Shown: piece after piece, positions 9,066-19,567 of the stretch
How positions within the stretch are numbered: position 1 is the stretch's first letter
Layout of the letters: every line of letters starts with the position of its first letter
From: a phage
DNA: 49,911 nucleotides
Direction: 5' to 3' (one strand)
Sequence record: PZ445414.1
Notes under the pieces: generated by a model
Told to the model about the DNA's origin: nothing
The model's database searches: none
What the model saw: the letters and a program-made list of their open reading frames with translations, nothing else
Program-made: the position numbers and the translations under genes

Positions 9066-9725
9066 ATGCATCTTCCAAACGGTTCACAGATTTTTATCGA
9101 AGCGTCTCGCGGCTCCGAGCTTTCCGCTAGCGCAATCAGCAACGCAGAAAAGCCAGTTTTCACCATGGCTGATACTGGCGATCTCGAAAAGGGTGATTAC
9201 GTAATTGTAACTGAGTCCTCTTGGGGTAAACTTCTTGATCGCGTACTGCGCGTTAGCGAGGTTTCCAGCAACTCAAGCGCAACGCTTGAAGGTATCGACA
9301 CCACTGATACCAACGTGTTCCCTACCGGAGCAACAGCGAAGATCGCAAAGATTAACGCGTGGTCTGAAATCCCTTGCGTCCAGGATCTTGCTCAGGACGG
9401 CGGCGAGCAGCAGTATTATACTTATCAGTGCTTGTCCGACGATCAAGAGCAGCAGTTGCCAACCTACAAGAGCGCCGTTTCCCTGACGTACACTTTTGCG
9501 CACGAGTACGACAACGCGATCTATCCTCTACTGCGCACCGCCGATGAAACTGGCGAAGTCACCGCAATGCGTATGTACGTACCGAAAGCGAAAGAAATGC
9601 GTTGCTGGGCTGGCGTGCTGTCATTCAACGAGATCCCGCAAACTGCGGTTAACGAAATGGAAACCGTCTCCCTTTCTTGCTCGCTGAAAGGCCGCTACAC
9701 ATTCCTTCCTGCATCACAGGGTTAA
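9066..9725 (+). CDS. major tail protein (putative)
   Basis: 219 aa from ATG 9066 (SD AAAGGAG); followed by strong terminator; precedes G/GT chaperone genes. Confidence 0.55.
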   Translation: MHLPNGSQIFIEASRGSELSASAISNAEKPVFTMADTGDLEKGDYVIVTESSWGKLLDRVLRVSEVSSNSSATLEGIDTTDTNVFPTGATAKIAKINAWSEIPCVQDLAQDGGEQQYYTYQCLSDDQEQQLPTYKSAVSLTYTFAHEYDNAIYPLLRTADETGEVTAMRMYVPKAKEMRCWAGVLSFNEIPQTAVNEMETVSLSCSLKGRYTFLPASQG

Positions 9726-9731
9726 TCACAA

Positions 9732-9755
9732 GGGGCGTTGCGCCCCTTTTTTATT
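9732..9755 (+). terminator. intrinsic terminator after major tail gene
   Basis: ggggcg ttg cgcccc tttttt. Confidence 0.75.
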
Positions 9756-9800
9756 TGATGTAATATTACCCCAACATTTAACCACTAAGGAGAAACACCA

Positions 9801-10115
9801 ATGGCTAAAATGAAATTGACTCTTGCCCCGCTTCCAGACTTCAAACTTCCAGTTAAATTTGTGTTGCCGGATGGTAGCGAGCAAAAAATTGTGTTTACCG
9901 TTAAGCATAAAAAGGCAAGCGAGATTCAAGAGCTTTACCAGAAAGAAGGTATTAAAGATCCTGAATTCATCATGAATGTTGCAGTAGGTTGGGATCTGGA
10001 AGAAGAATTCAACGAAGAAAACGCGCAACTGTTAGTTGATTATTATCCTAGCGCGGCGCTGGCTCTCATGGGATCTTATTTAAGCGCTCTGGCAGGGCAG
10101 CGAGTAAAAAACTAA
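9801..10115 (+). CDS. tail assembly chaperone G-like
   Basis: 104 aa between major tail and tape measure; ends VKN* with slippery A_AAA_AAC immediately before stop. Confidence 0.7.
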   Translation: MAKMKLTLAPLPDFKLPVKFVLPDGSEQKIVFTVKHKKASEIQELYQKEGIKDPEFIMNVAVGWDLEEEFNEENAQLLVDYYPSAALALMGSYLSALAGQRVKN

Positions 10116-10429
10116 AACGGGCGGTTTATCTGTACTACCAGAAGCCGCCCACAGATGCAGAGCTTGAGGCCGTAGGTTTAACCCGAGCAGACTATGAAGG
10201 AGAGGAACCGCCGGAAGTTATATTTGATGAATCAATGATGCAGTCATGGGATGTATTCTGCGCAATGCAGACTCAATGGAGATCTGCTGGTGGCGGCGCT
10301 TACGGACTTGATTACAATGTTTTGCCTATGTTGTTCAAAATCTATAAAATAGACGATGAAGAAATGGCATTGAACGACTTGCGGATCATGGAAAGTAAAG
10401 CGCTCGAAATGATGCACGCAGGAAAATAA
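9801..10429 (+). CDS. tail assembly chaperone G-T fusion (programmed -1 frameshift at 10106-10112)
   Basis: -1 frame is open from 10112 to TAA 10427-10429 (includes track ORF 10235..10429); canonical X_XXY_YYZ heptamer A_AAA_AAC. Confidence 0.6.
10106..10112 (+). other. -1 ribosomal frameshift slippery heptamer A_AAA_AAC
   Basis: heptamer aaaaaac spanning last codons of G ORF; stop codon follows directly. Confidence 0.65.
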
Positions 10430-10431
10430 AC

Positions 10432-10457
10432 GAGCGCCTTTTGGCGCTCTTTTCTTA
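10432..10457 (+). terminator. intrinsic terminator after G-T
   Basis: gagcgcc tttt ggcgctc ttttctt. Confidence 0.7.
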
Positions 10458-10472
10458 TCTGGAGGTAAATTA

Positions 10473-13376
10473 ATGGCAGAACAATACGCAGGTTTGACGT
10501 TAGGCGTTGACGTTCAGCAGGTAAACAACGCAGTTAAATCTCTAAGAGATTTCAAGACTGCCTCAGAGGGTGCGGCTGATGGTCTTGAGTCTTTCGTCAA
10601 TGAGGAGCAGATTGCCCGACAGAGAGCCAAAGATTTGGTCTCCGAGCTTGCAAAGCAGAGAAAGGAATTTCAGAGCGTACAGGCCGCAATAGATCCGACT
10701 GCGGCAAAAATGGAGCGACTAAAGGTTGCGGCGGCTGACCTTGATAAGCTTTGGAAAAAGGGAGTGGTTCCAGACGAGACATTTTTCCAGCTTGGAGAAA
10801 TGCTTGAGGCTCAGACAAACAAGCTTGCAGCAAACAGAAAAGCGTTAACTGCTGAGGGCATGGCGGCAATCGAGGAGTCAAAACAGAAAGCTAAAGCGGC
10901 GGCTGAGGCTAAGAAATTCATTGCGGCTCTTGAGGCGCAAGCGGCTGCGGCTGGTAAAACTCAATCAGAACTGATGGAAATGAAAGCTGCGCAGCTTGGT
11001 GTAAGTGCTCAGGCCGCGCCATTCATTTCACAGCTTAAAGCGCAAGAAAAACAGATGAAGTTAACCGGAATTAGCGCAGGGCAATATAACCAGGCTATGC
11101 GAATGCTTCCGGCTCAGATCACTGACGTTGTAACGTCGCTTGCTTCCGGTATGCCTGTTTGGATGGTTGCAATTCAGCAGGGCGGGCAGATTAAGGACTC
11201 TTTCGGCGGCATTGGTAATACGTTTAAAGCGTTGTTGTCGTTTCTGAATCCGGTAAACGTTGGCCTTGCAGCATTAGCCGTTTCAATGGGTGCTCTTGTT
11301 AAGGCTGGTTATGATGCGTATAAATCACAACGTGACTTGCAAGAGGCATTGGTTCTGACTGGTGGATACGCTGGCACAAGCGGCGCACAGTTTGATAAGC
11401 TGGCGCAGGACATTAATAACAGCACTGATGCGACGATAGGAAATATCCGATCCATCGCAACAGAGCTTGCAAAGTCCGGCAAGTTCACGATTGATCAGAT
11501 TAAAGCAATCACGAAAACCACCGCTCAGTGGTCAACTGTAACTGGTGAATCAAGCGACAAGATAACCGATTACTTTAATAAGATTGCCGGAGATCCGGTT
11601 AAAGGTCTTGCAGAGCTAAACGAGCAATTCAACTTTTTAAGCGAAGGGCAGTTAACTTATATTGCAGATCTTGAGAAAACGAAAAGCAAGACAGAAGCAG
11701 TAACGACGGCAACAAAGTTATTTGCTGATGTTATGGATCAGAGGTTAGCTGAACTGGCGGACTCCGCAACGCCATTAGAAAAGATGTGGACTGACATTAA
11801 AAAATGGGCGTCAGATGCGTGGGGTTGGGTTGGTGATCATACTCTGGCGGCGCTTAACCTGATCATTGACGTTGTAGCTGGAACGGTTGAGCAGGTTCGT
11901 TATTTGCTTAATCAGGGTGATATTCTCATTGGTGAGTTTATTGTATCTGCAACAAAGGCTATGCAAAAAATACCTGGTCTTGATGGCGTTGGTGACTCAG
12001 TAATTGCACAGCAACAGAATATTATCAATAACGCTAAGGAGAACAACAAGGAGCTATTAAAATCAATTGCCGAACGTAACGAGCGAGTCAAAAAAGGCGA
12101 GCAGGGTTACATTGACATGATGAAAAATCGTGCAGCGGTTGAACAGCAATATGCGACAAAAACAAAAGAGAATATCAGGAAGGAAGCCGAGGAATTAGCT
12201 AAGCGCGATAAAAAGCAAAAGGCTGAAAAAGCTAAGGTATCGGCTGGCGATAAGCTGGAAGAACAATATCAGCGTGATATCCTTGCGCTAGAAACTCAAT
12301 TAAGAGTTTTGAAAGAGCACAAGACGATCACAGATACCATAAGCCAGCAACGTAAATCTTTATGGGCTGAACAAGCTAAAATTCAGATTTTGCAAGAAGC
12401 CTCAACAAAACGGCAACTTACTGATGAAGAAAAAAGCATTTTAGCCAACAAAGATAAGATCCTAGCGATGGCTGAACAAAAAGCTATTTTGGGCGATCAG
12501 ATTGTTGCGCAAACGCGCCTTAATCAGTTGCAAGATAGCTCAATCAAGTTTATCCAGCAGCAGAAAGCAGCAACGGAAGCACTAGCAAAAACCAGAGGGT
12601 TAAGCGAGCGTGAAGCAGCAAGAGCGGCGGAACGTGCAAAGGTTGAATCTGATTATCTTGCTAAGGGAGGACAGAAAGAAGATCCGCAACTTAAAGCCAT
12701 GATGGATGCCTTAGACAACCGCTATAAAGAGGAAGATGCTAAACGTGCTGATTGGTTGGCTGGCGCTAAAAATGCCTTTGCGGAGTACGGAGAAGAAGCA
12801 ATGAACATGTATGATAATATCGGCAACATTGCGAGCCAGGCGCTAAACGGCCTATCGCAGCAAATGGCTGATTTTTTGACTACTGGACAAGCCAACTTCA
12901 AAGACTTTGCAAAATCAATCATTAGCCTGATTGTTCAGATGATCACAAAAATGGTTATCTTCAATAGCATTTCCGGCATGATGGGAGGCTCAACGTGGAC
13001 TATGGGATCTCTAATGAGCGGCTTCTCGTCTGGTGGGTACACTGGCGACGGCGGCAAGTATGATCCGGCTGGCATTGTTCACAAAGGCGAGTTTGTTTTC
13101 ACCAAGGAAGCAACGCAGCGAATCGGGGCGCGTAACCTTTACCGCCTGATGCGTGGATATGCCAACGGCGGCAGTGTTGGCGGTTCCGGTTATAGCAGGG
13201 CTTCAACTGGCGGCGCTGGACTTGCTTACTCGTTCGGTGATATCAACGTTGATATCAACAACGGAAACGATCCAAAAGGTCTTGAAACTGGTGTTAGAAT
13301 GCTGGTTACTGATATGCTCAAGCGTGAAATGGGTCAAGGCGGCAGCATTTACAATTTCGTTATGGAAAGGAGGTAA
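10473..13376 (+). CDS. tail tape measure protein
   Basis: 967 aa, long Ala/Gln/Lys-rich helical N-terminal region, hydrophobic segments, Gly-rich C-terminus; located between G/GT and M-L-K-I. Confidence 0.85.
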   Translation: MAEQYAGLTLGVDVQQVNNAVKSLRDFKTASEGAADGLESFVNEEQIARQRAKDLVSELAKQRKEFQSVQAAIDPTAAKMERLKVAAADLDKLWKKGVVPDETFFQLGEMLEAQTNKLAANRKALTAEGMAAIEESKQKAKAAAEAKKFIAALEAQAAAAGKTQSELMEMKAAQLGVSAQAAPFISQLKAQEKQMKLTGISAGQYNQAMRMLPAQITDVVTSLASGMPVWMVAIQQGGQIKDSFGGIGNTFKALLSFLNPVNVGLAALAVSMGALVKAGYDAYKSQRDLQEALVLTGGYAGTSGAQFDKLAQDINNSTDATIGNIRSIATELAKSGKFTIDQIKAITKTTAQWSTVTGESSDKITDYFNKIAGDPVKGLAELNEQFNFLSEGQLTYIADLEKTKSKTEAVTTATKLFADVMDQRLAELADSATPLEKMWTDIKKWASDAWGWVGDHTLAALNLIIDVVAGTVEQVRYLLNQGDILIGEFIVSATKAMQKIPGLDGVGDSVIAQQQNIINNAKENNKELLKSIAERNERVKKGEQGYIDMMKNRAAVEQQYATKTKENIRKEAEELAKRDKKQKAEKAKVSAGDKLEEQYQRDILALETQLRVLKEHKTITDTISQQRKSLWAEQAKIQILQEASTKRQLTDEEKSILANKDKILAMAEQKAILGDQIVAQTRLNQLQDSSIKFIQQQKAATEALAKTRGLSEREAARAAERAKVESDYLAKGGQKEDPQLKAMMDALDNRYKEEDAKRADWLAGAKNAFAEYGEEAMNMYDNIGNIASQALNGLSQQMADFLTTGQANFKDFAKSIISLIVQMITKMVIFNSISGMMGGSTWTMGSLMSGFSSGGYTGDGGKYDPAGIVHKGEFVFTKEATQRIGARNLYRLMRGYANGGSVGGSGYSRASTGGAGLAYSFGDINVDINNGNDPKGLETGVRMLVTDMLKREMGQGGSIYNFVMERR

Positions 13377-13378
13377 TT

Positions 13379-13732
13379 TTGGCTAACCTGGAAATGTTTA
13401 AATGGTGTACCCAAACGCAGGGAGGCGGCGGGAGCATGACGACTGAGGACACCGTGAGGGAGGTTGTTTTTGGGAATGGCTACACGCAAGTTGCGTCGTC
13501 TGGTTTAAACACGACGAAAAGAAGCTTTAGCGTTATCTACGCTGGCGCTGATTACATGGATGTGATCAGCTTCATGCAAAGGCATCTTGTTAAACCTTTC
13601 GCGTGGATTGCGCCGGATGGAAAGGCTGGATTGTTCAGGGTTAAATCTGGAACCATCGCAGCCAAGCCAATCTCCCCAACCGTTCAGGAGGTAGCGGCGA
13701 CTTTCGTTGAGCAATTTACCAGCATGGAATAA
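13379..13732 (+). CDS. minor tail protein M (lambda gpM-like)
   Basis: N-terminus MFKW...VREVVFGNGYTQVASSGLNTTKRSFSVIY parallels lambda gpM; TTG 13379 or ATG 13394 start after AGGAGG. Confidence 0.75.
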   Translation: MANLEMFKWCTQTQGGGGSMTTEDTVREVVFGNGYTQVASSGLNTTKRSFSVIYAGADYMDVISFMQRHLVKPFAWIAPDGKAGLFRVKSGTIAAKPISPTVQEVAATFVEQFTSME

Positions 13733-13735
13733 TCA

Positions 13736-13762
13736 AAGCCGCCTTTGTGCGGCTTTTTTATT
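13736..13762 (+). terminator. intrinsic terminator after gpM-like gene
   Basis: aagccgc ctttgt gcggctt ttttatt. Confidence 0.7.
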
Positions 13763-13764
13763 GG

Positions 13765-13773
13765 TGCTACAAT
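13765..13773 (+). promoter_or_regulatory. extended -10 element TGcTACAAT immediately after terminator (internal late promoter candidate)
   Basis: tgctacaat; upstream of gpL-like gene. Confidence 0.4.
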
Positions 13774-13801
13774 ACGCAATTATCACAAAGGAGGTCTATC
13801 A

Positions 13802-14554
13802 ATGGCTACAGGCAAAGAAGAATTTGAGAACTGCTTACAGAGCCTTTACCCTGGCGAGATCATGACACTGGTAGAGGTTGACGGTACAAAGTTTGGCGCT
13901 GGCGTTTACCGATTCCATAATGAGAATGTGCAATACACGCCGGAGGAGATCATGAAAGCGGTTGAGAGCGGCACGCTACCGCCTAAGGAAATTATTTTCC
14001 AGGGCGAGGCATACGGTGCGCGGCCTTTCGGGATCACTGGTATCAGCTTTACAAGTGACGGCAAGGCCGGAAAGCCGGAGTTAACCCTGTCAAACATTGA
14101 CAGCCAGGTATCCGCACTTATCCGATCATTTAATGGGATGATGCAAGCAAAGGTCACAATATGGGTCACGTCAAAAGAAATGATTCAGAGTGACGGCAGC
14201 GTAAAAGACGGCGCTTATCGTAAACTGGTCTACTACGTCGAGCGGCCTAGCTACTGCAACAAGAGCATAGCACGCTTTGAGCTTACATCGCCGTATGATA
14301 TGGATGGCATAATGATCCCTCCGCGAATCACTCAAAGCGTTTGCTATTGGGCGCAGCGTGGATGGTACAGAAGCGGGAAAGGCTGCGGCTACAACGGATC
14401 GCGAATGTTCGATAAGGACAACAACCCTGTAACAGATCCGAGCCTTGACCAATGCGCGGGAACAGCAACGGCCTGTAAGTTGCGTTTTGGTGCGGATCAA
14501 GAGTTAGATTTTGGCGGCTGCGCCGTCGCATCACTTTTAAGGAGCTACCAATGA
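13802..14554 (+). CDS. minor tail protein L (lambda gpL-like)
   Basis: ATG 13802 after AAAGGAGG; conserved Cys cluster (CYW...C.GY.G...C...C) and LTLSNI motif as in gpL. Confidence 0.8.
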   Translation: MATGKEEFENCLQSLYPGEIMTLVEVDGTKFGAGVYRFHNENVQYTPEEIMKAVESGTLPPKEIIFQGEAYGARPFGITGISFTSDGKAGKPELTLSNIDSQVSALIRSFNGMMQAKVTIWVTSKEMIQSDGSVKDGAYRKLVYYVERPSYCNKSIARFELTSPYDMDGIMIPPRITQSVCYWAQRGWYRSGKGCGYNGSRMFDKDNNPVTDPSLDQCAGTATACKLRFGADQELDFGGCAVASLLRSYQ

Positions 14555-15267
14555 TTAGCGCAAAAATTAAACTGGAAATAATGCGCCACGCGCAGGACGT
14601 ATACCCCGCCGAGTGTTGCGGGGTTGTAACCCAAAAGTCACGCGTCCAGCGATATCACCGAATCAAGAACGTGCATGATGATCCAGAAAATCATTTCTTG
14701 ATGGACGCAGACGAATACGCAGAAATTGAGGGGGGAGATCACGAGATAATCGCCATTGCTCACAGTCACACTGGAGACGGCGCAACCACGTTACCGAGCG
14801 CACACGATACATGTATGTGTGATGAAATGGGCGTGACTTGGGTTATCGTATCGCTTCCAGAGGGTGATATGAGAATGATTGAACCTGCAACGCGTCCTCT
14901 GATTGGTCGCCCGTGGTCGCTAGGATCGTATGATTGCTGGGGCTTGATTATGGCGTGGCACAAAGAGCAAGGCGTGATCCTTAATGACTTCCGCAAGCCT
15001 TACGAGTGGTGGAAGCCTGAATATGGCGAAAATCTCTATCAGGAGAACTATCTGAAAGAGGGTTTCATTCCAACAGGTAAGGAGCCGGAGCATGGCGATA
15101 TGATCATAATGCAGCTTCAAGCGCCAGTATGGAACCATGCCGGAATCTACTTAGGTAACAATCAAATCCTGCATCATGCTTTCGGCAAGCTTTCAAGATC
15201 TGATATCTATTCTGGATGGTATCAGGAGCACACGGTAATGATTTGCAGACATAAGGAGCTAAAGTAA
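14551..15267 (+). CDS. tail assembly protein K (JAB/MPN + NlpC/P60 domains)
   Basis: JAMM motif AHSHTGDGATTLPSAHD (HxH..S..D), NlpC/P60-type DCWGL cysteine; ATGA overlap with L. Confidence 0.8.
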   Translation: MISAKIKLEIMRHAQDVYPAECCGVVTQKSRVQRYHRIKNVHDDPENHFLMDADEYAEIEGGDHEIIAIAHSHTGDGATTLPSAHDTCMCDEMGVTWVIVSLPEGDMRMIEPATRPLIGRPWSLGSYDCWGLIMAWHKEQGVILNDFRKPYEWWKPEYGENLYQENYLKEGFIPTGKEPEHGDMIIMQLQAPVWNHAGIYLGNNQILHHAFGKLSRSDIYSGWYQEHTVMICRHKELK

Positions 15268-15866
15268 TGCAGACACTAAAGAGAATTAAGCTTTCCGGCT
15301 CGCTGGGGCGGCGTTTCGGCGTTTTTCATGAGCTAGCCGTCGAATCATACCCCGAAGCAATTCGTGCGCTCTCCGTTTCGCTGGGTGGCTTTAAAGACTA
15401 TATGCAAAGTGAAGTTGGATCGCGTATGCACTACGCTGTTTTTGTTGATGGGAAAAATGTAGGTCAGTATGACGAAAAGGCGTGGAAGTGCGGCAAGGAA
15501 ATCCGAATCATTCCGATCCCGTCCGGCTCAAAATCTGGCGGATTGTTCCAGGTTGTTTTAGGCGCAGCAATCATGGCTACGGCGTTCTTTACTGGCGGTG
15601 CATCACTTGCCGCAATGGGCGCTCTATCCTCCTCAGCGTTCATGATGGGTGGCGCTATGGTTTTGGGCGGTGTTATGCAGATGATATCACCACAGCGCGG
15701 CGGAATGCAGATGGAGGTAAAGAGCACGGAAAATAAGCCGTCCTACGCGTTCGGAGGTGCTGTAAACACAACTGCGGCAGGTTATCCGCTACCGCTGCCA
15801 TACGGTTATCGAACCGTTGGCGGAGCTATCTGGAGTTCGGGAAGCTACGCAGAGGACAAAGTATAA
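15267..15866 (+). CDS. tail assembly protein I (lambda gpI-like)
   Basis: 199 aa, Gly/Ala-rich hydrophobic C-terminal half; ATG overlaps K stop; followed by terminator. Confidence 0.7.
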   Translation: MQTLKRIKLSGSLGRRFGVFHELAVESYPEAIRALSVSLGGFKDYMQSEVGSRMHYAVFVDGKNVGQYDEKAWKCGKEIRIIPIPSGSKSGGLFQVVLGAAIMATAFFTGGASLAAMGALSSSAFMMGGAMVLGGVMQMISPQRGGMQMEVKSTENKPSYAFGGAVNTTAAGYPLPLPYGYRTVGGAIWSSGSYAEDKV

Positions 15867-15872
15867 AATAAA

Positions 15873-15895
15873 CCCCGCATTGCGGGGTTTTTTAT
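15873..15895 (+). terminator. intrinsic terminator after gpI-like gene
   Basis: ccccgca ttgc ggggg-like stem ccccgc/gcgggg + ttttttatt. Confidence 0.75.
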
Positions 15896-15899
15896 TGGT

Positions 15900-15908
15900 T
15901 GCTATAAT
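15900..15908 (+). promoter_or_regulatory. extended -10 element TGCTATAAT immediately after terminator
   Basis: tgctataat; upstream of J. Confidence 0.45.
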
Positions 15909-15918
15909 GCAACCTCAA

Positions 15919-15938
15919 AACAGCACAAATTGTTAAAA
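15919..15938 (+). promoter_or_regulatory. box variant (AACAGCAC-N5-GTTAAAA) in leader of J gene
   Basis: aacagcacaaattgttaaaa downstream of TGCTATAAT. Confidence 0.4.
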
Positions 15939-15953
15939 CTGGAGGCCAAAATT

Positions 15954-18900
15954 ATGATAAGCGGCAATAAGGGCGGCTCCTCTAAGCCGTACAAGCCAAA
16001 GGAGATGGAGGACAACCTGATCTCCATCAACAAAATCAAAATCCTCCTGGCGGTTTCAGACGGAGAGGTAGACGGCGAGTTTTCGCTAAAAAATCTCTAC
16101 CTTGACGACGTGCCAGTGCAAAACGCAGACGGATCGCTTAACTATAGCGGTGTTAGTGCTGAGTTCCGGCCAGGCACTCAAACGCAGGACTACATCAAGG
16201 GATTTTCAGACACGTCAAGCGAAATCACGATTCAGCGAGATCTGGCGCAGAATAACCCTTACAGCATTGCGGTAACAAACAAATCACTATCTGCTATCAG
16301 GATCAAAATCCTGATGCCTCAGGGCTACAAGCAGGAGGATAACGGCGATCTTGTTGGTGTTTCTGTGCAGTACGCAGTTGATATGGCAGTTGATGGCGGT
16401 TCGTTTAAGCGCGTGCTAACTGATACAATCACTGGTAAAACGACTAGCGGCTACGACAGGAGCCAGCGCATTGACCTGCCAAACTTCAACGAGCAGGTGA
16501 TTTTGCGAGTTAGTCGAGTTACGGAGGATTCAACATCAAGCCGCCTTGTCGATAAAATTCGTTTGCAGAGCTATGCGGAGGTTGTTGATGCAAAATTCCG
16601 TTATCCTCTGACTGGTTTAGTTTACGTTGAGTTTGATAGCGAGCTTTTCCCTAACCAGCTACCAAACATTTCTATCAAGAAGAAATGGAAGCTGATAAAC
16701 GTTCCTGTTAACTACGATCCAGAATCACGCGAATACTCAGGAAGCTGGAACGGTCTGTTTAAAAAGGCTTGGAGCAACAACCCAGCTTGGGTTCTGTATG
16801 ACCTGATCACCAATCAGCGCTACGGGCTAGACCAAAGAGAGCTTGGGATTGAGATTGACAAGTGGAGCATCTACGAGGCAGCACAGTATTGCGATCAGAT
16901 GGTTCCAGATGGCAAAGGAGGACTAGAGCCTCGCTATCTGTGTGATGTTGTTATCCAGAGCCAGATTGAAGCGTTTAACCTGATCCGTGATATTTGCTCT
17001 ATCTTCCGTGGCATGAGCTTTTGGAACGGAGAGAGCCTTTCTATCGTGGTGGATAAACCGCGTGATCCGTCTTACATTTTCAGTAATGACAACGTGGTTA
17101 ACGGCGATTTCCAGTACACCTTTGCAAGCGAGAAAAGCATGTACACGCAGTGTAACGTGACTTTCGACGACGAGCAAAACATGTACAGCCAGGATATTGA
17201 GGGCGTTTTCGACACTGAGGCCGCTTTGCGCTTTGGTCACAATCCGACAAGCATCACAGCAATCGGATGCACACGACGCAGCGAGGCGAACCGCCGAGGG
17301 CGCTGGATTCTCAAGACCAACCTGCGCAGCACCACGGTAAACTTTGCAACTGGTCTTGAGGGCATGATCCCGACAATCGGAGATGTGATCGCAATCGCGG
17401 ATAACTTCTGGGCTAGCAACTTGACGCTTAATCTTTCTGGGCGCGTCATGGAGGTTTCAGGGCTGCAAGTTTTCCTCCCGTTCCGAGTTGATGCGAGGCC
17501 TGGTGATTTTATCCTGATCAACAAGCCGGACGGAAAGCCAGTTAAGCGCACTATTTCACGAGTTAGCGCAGACGGGAAAACTATTGAGTTAAACGTTGGC
17601 TTTGGTTTCGACGTTAAGCCGGACACGGTTTTCGCAATCGACAGGACTGATCTTGCGTTGCAGCAGTACGTTGTTACCGGAATAACCAGGGGCGACGATA
17701 CGGAGCAATTCACGTACTCAATAACGGCTGTCGAATACGATCCAAACAAGTACGACGAGATTGATTACGGAGTGAACATTGACGACAGGCCAACAAGCAT
17801 TGTAAACCCTGGCGTGATGAAAGCGCCTGAAAATGTGCAGGTGTCCTCTTACTCTCGCATTGTTCAGGGGCAGAGCGTAGAAACGATGGTTGTTAGCTGG
17901 GATAAAGTCGAATACGCAAGCTTGTACGAGGTGCAATGGAGAAAGGACAATAGCAACTGGCTAAACGTTCCTCAGACTGCAAACAAAGAGGTTAGCGTTG
18001 AGGGTATTTACTCAGGCAACTACTTTGTAAGGGTTCGATCAGTATCCGCGTCTGGAAGCACGTCGCCGTGGTCTAGTGTTGTTTCAGCCGCATTAACTGG
18101 CAAGGTTGGCGAGCCTAAAATGCCTATTAACTTGACCGCCTCAGATAATGAGATATTTGGGATCCGCGTCAAGTGGGGTATACCTGAGGGTGCTGGCGAT
18201 ACTGCTTACATAGAGCTACAGCAAGCGCCGGACGTAGACGGAATGGCTAGCGAAGAAAACGCAACACTGCTAACTCTCGTTCCGTATCCTCAAATGGAGT
18301 ATTGGCACGCAACGTTACCACCTGGATATATCAACTGGTATCGAGTGCGAAGTGTTGACAGGATCGGAAACGTTTCTGCGTGGACTGACTTTGTGCGCGG
18401 TATGTCGTCAACTAACGTTGATGATATTTTAGGCGACATTCTTGATGATATTTTAAACTCTGCTGGGTTTGAGGAGTTCAAAGAGAATGCCGTAGATACT
18501 GCAAACAAGGTTAAAGACCAGGCGCAAAGCGTGATCCAGAATGCGCTAGCTATTGATACCAATCTGCGTTGGAACCGAGTAGAAAACGGGAAGCGTAAAG
18601 CGGAGCACGGACAGGCGCTTGAGCTTATCGCAAACGAAACAGAGGCGCGAATTCAGGCGGTTGAGGTTCTGCGAACTGAGTTTGACGAGGGCATCTCCTC
18701 TAACATTACAGAAGTCAAGAAATTGATTTCTAACGAGGCGGAAACGCGAGCGAGCCAGGTTCAGCAGTTAGACGCTACATTCACGAAAAAAGTTTCTGAC
18801 GTGAATGGTAGGGTTGACGGTGTTTCTCAAGAGATCGTTAAGACAAACGCAAACGTGAGTAGCGCACAGCAAGCGATTGCAAACGAGACTGAGGCAAGGA

Positions 18901-19532
18901 CTCAAGCGGTTAGCTCTCTTGACTCCAAGTTTACAGGGCAGATTAATGGCGTTAAGCAGGATTTATCCTCAAACGTCACGAGGTTGGATCAGTCTATCGC
19001 TAACGAGACTCAAGCGAGAGCCAGTGCTGACACTGCGTTGTCAACTCGTGTTGGTAAAACGGAATCGGCAATTACTCAGAAGCTTGACTCTTGGGTAGAC
19101 AACGGATCTATAGGTGCTCAGTACGCTCTCAAGCTTGGGATTAAACGTGCTGGTGTTGAGTACACGGCTGGAGTTTCGCTATCGCTAATCCAGTCAGGTA
19201 GCGAGATAAAATCTCAATTCCTGGTTGATGCGGCGAGGTTCGGGGTAATGACTAGGCAGGGAGGGAGCTACACATTGCCGTTTGTAGTTGATAATGGAAC
19301 GGTTATCATGAATACGGCGCTAATTAAAAACGGCTCTATAACAAACGCAATGATTGGTAACGTGATTCAGTCAAATAATTATGTTGCTGGCAAGTCCGGT
19401 TGGAGGCTGGACAAAAACGGAAACCTTGAGATCAATGGCAGCGCCGGAAATGGCAGACTGACCATTAACAATAACATTATCGCGGTTTACGATGGTAATG
19501 GTGTCTTGAGGGTTCGAATGGGGTTGTTCTAA
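15954..19532 (+). CDS. tail tip / host specificity protein J
   Basis: 1192 aa from ATG 15954 (SD GGAGG); N-terminus MISGNKGGSSKPYKPKE... like lambda J; FN3-like segments; repeated IANETEAR motifs near C-terminus. Confidence 0.8.
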   Translation: MISGNKGGSSKPYKPKEMEDNLISINKIKILLAVSDGEVDGEFSLKNLYLDDVPVQNADGSLNYSGVSAEFRPGTQTQDYIKGFSDTSSEITIQRDLAQNNPYSIAVTNKSLSAIRIKILMPQGYKQEDNGDLVGVSVQYAVDMAVDGGSFKRVLTDTITGKTTSGYDRSQRIDLPNFNEQVILRVSRVTEDSTSSRLVDKIRLQSYAEVVDAKFRYPLTGLVYVEFDSELFPNQLPNISIKKKWKLINVPVNYDPESREYSGSWNGLFKKAWSNNPAWVLYDLITNQRYGLDQRELGIEIDKWSIYEAAQYCDQMVPDGKGGLEPRYLCDVVIQSQIEAFNLIRDICSIFRGMSFWNGESLSIVVDKPRDPSYIFSNDNVVNGDFQYTFASEKSMYTQCNVTFDDEQNMYSQDIEGVFDTEAALRFGHNPTSITAIGCTRRSEANRRGRWILKTNLRSTTVNFATGLEGMIPTIGDVIAIADNFWASNLTLNLSGRVMEVSGLQVFLPFRVDARPGDFILINKPDGKPVKRTISRVSADGKTIELNVGFGFDVKPDTVFAIDRTDLALQQYVVTGITRGDDTEQFTYSITAVEYDPNKYDEIDYGVNIDDRPTSIVNPGVMKAPENVQVSSYSRIVQGQSVETMVVSWDKVEYASLYEVQWRKDNSNWLNVPQTANKEVSVEGIYSGNYFVRVRSVSASGSTSPWSSVVSAALTGKVGEPKMPINLTASDNEIFGIRVKWGIPEGAGDTAYIELQQAPDVDGMASEENATLLTLVPYPQMEYWHATLPPGYINWYRVRSVDRIGNVSAWTDFVRGMSSTNVDDILGDILDDILNSAGFEEFKENAVDTANKVKDQAQSVIQNALAIDTNLRWNRVENGKRKAEHGQALELIANETEARIQAVEVLRTEFDEGISSNITEVKKLISNEAETRASQVQQLDATFTKKVSDVNGRVDGVSQEIVKTNANVSSAQQAIANETEARTQAVSSLDSKFTGQINGVKQDLSSNVTRLDQSIANETQARASADTALSTRVGKTESAITQKLDSWVDNGSIGAQYALKLGIKRAGVEYTAGVSLSLIQSGSEIKSQFLVDAARFGVMTRQGGSYTLPFVVDNGTVIMNTALIKNGSITNAMIGNVIQSNNYVAGKSGWRLDKNGNLEINGSAGNGRLTINNNIIAVYDGNGVLRVRMGLF

Positions 19533-19538
19533 CAGAAA

Positions 19539-19567
19539 AGGGAGCCTTGCGGCTCCCTCTTTTTTTA
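19539..19567. terminator. bidirectional terminator between J (+) and secreted-protein gene (-)
   Basis: gggagcc ttgc ggctccc tctttttttt; A-rich on the other side. Confidence 0.7.
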
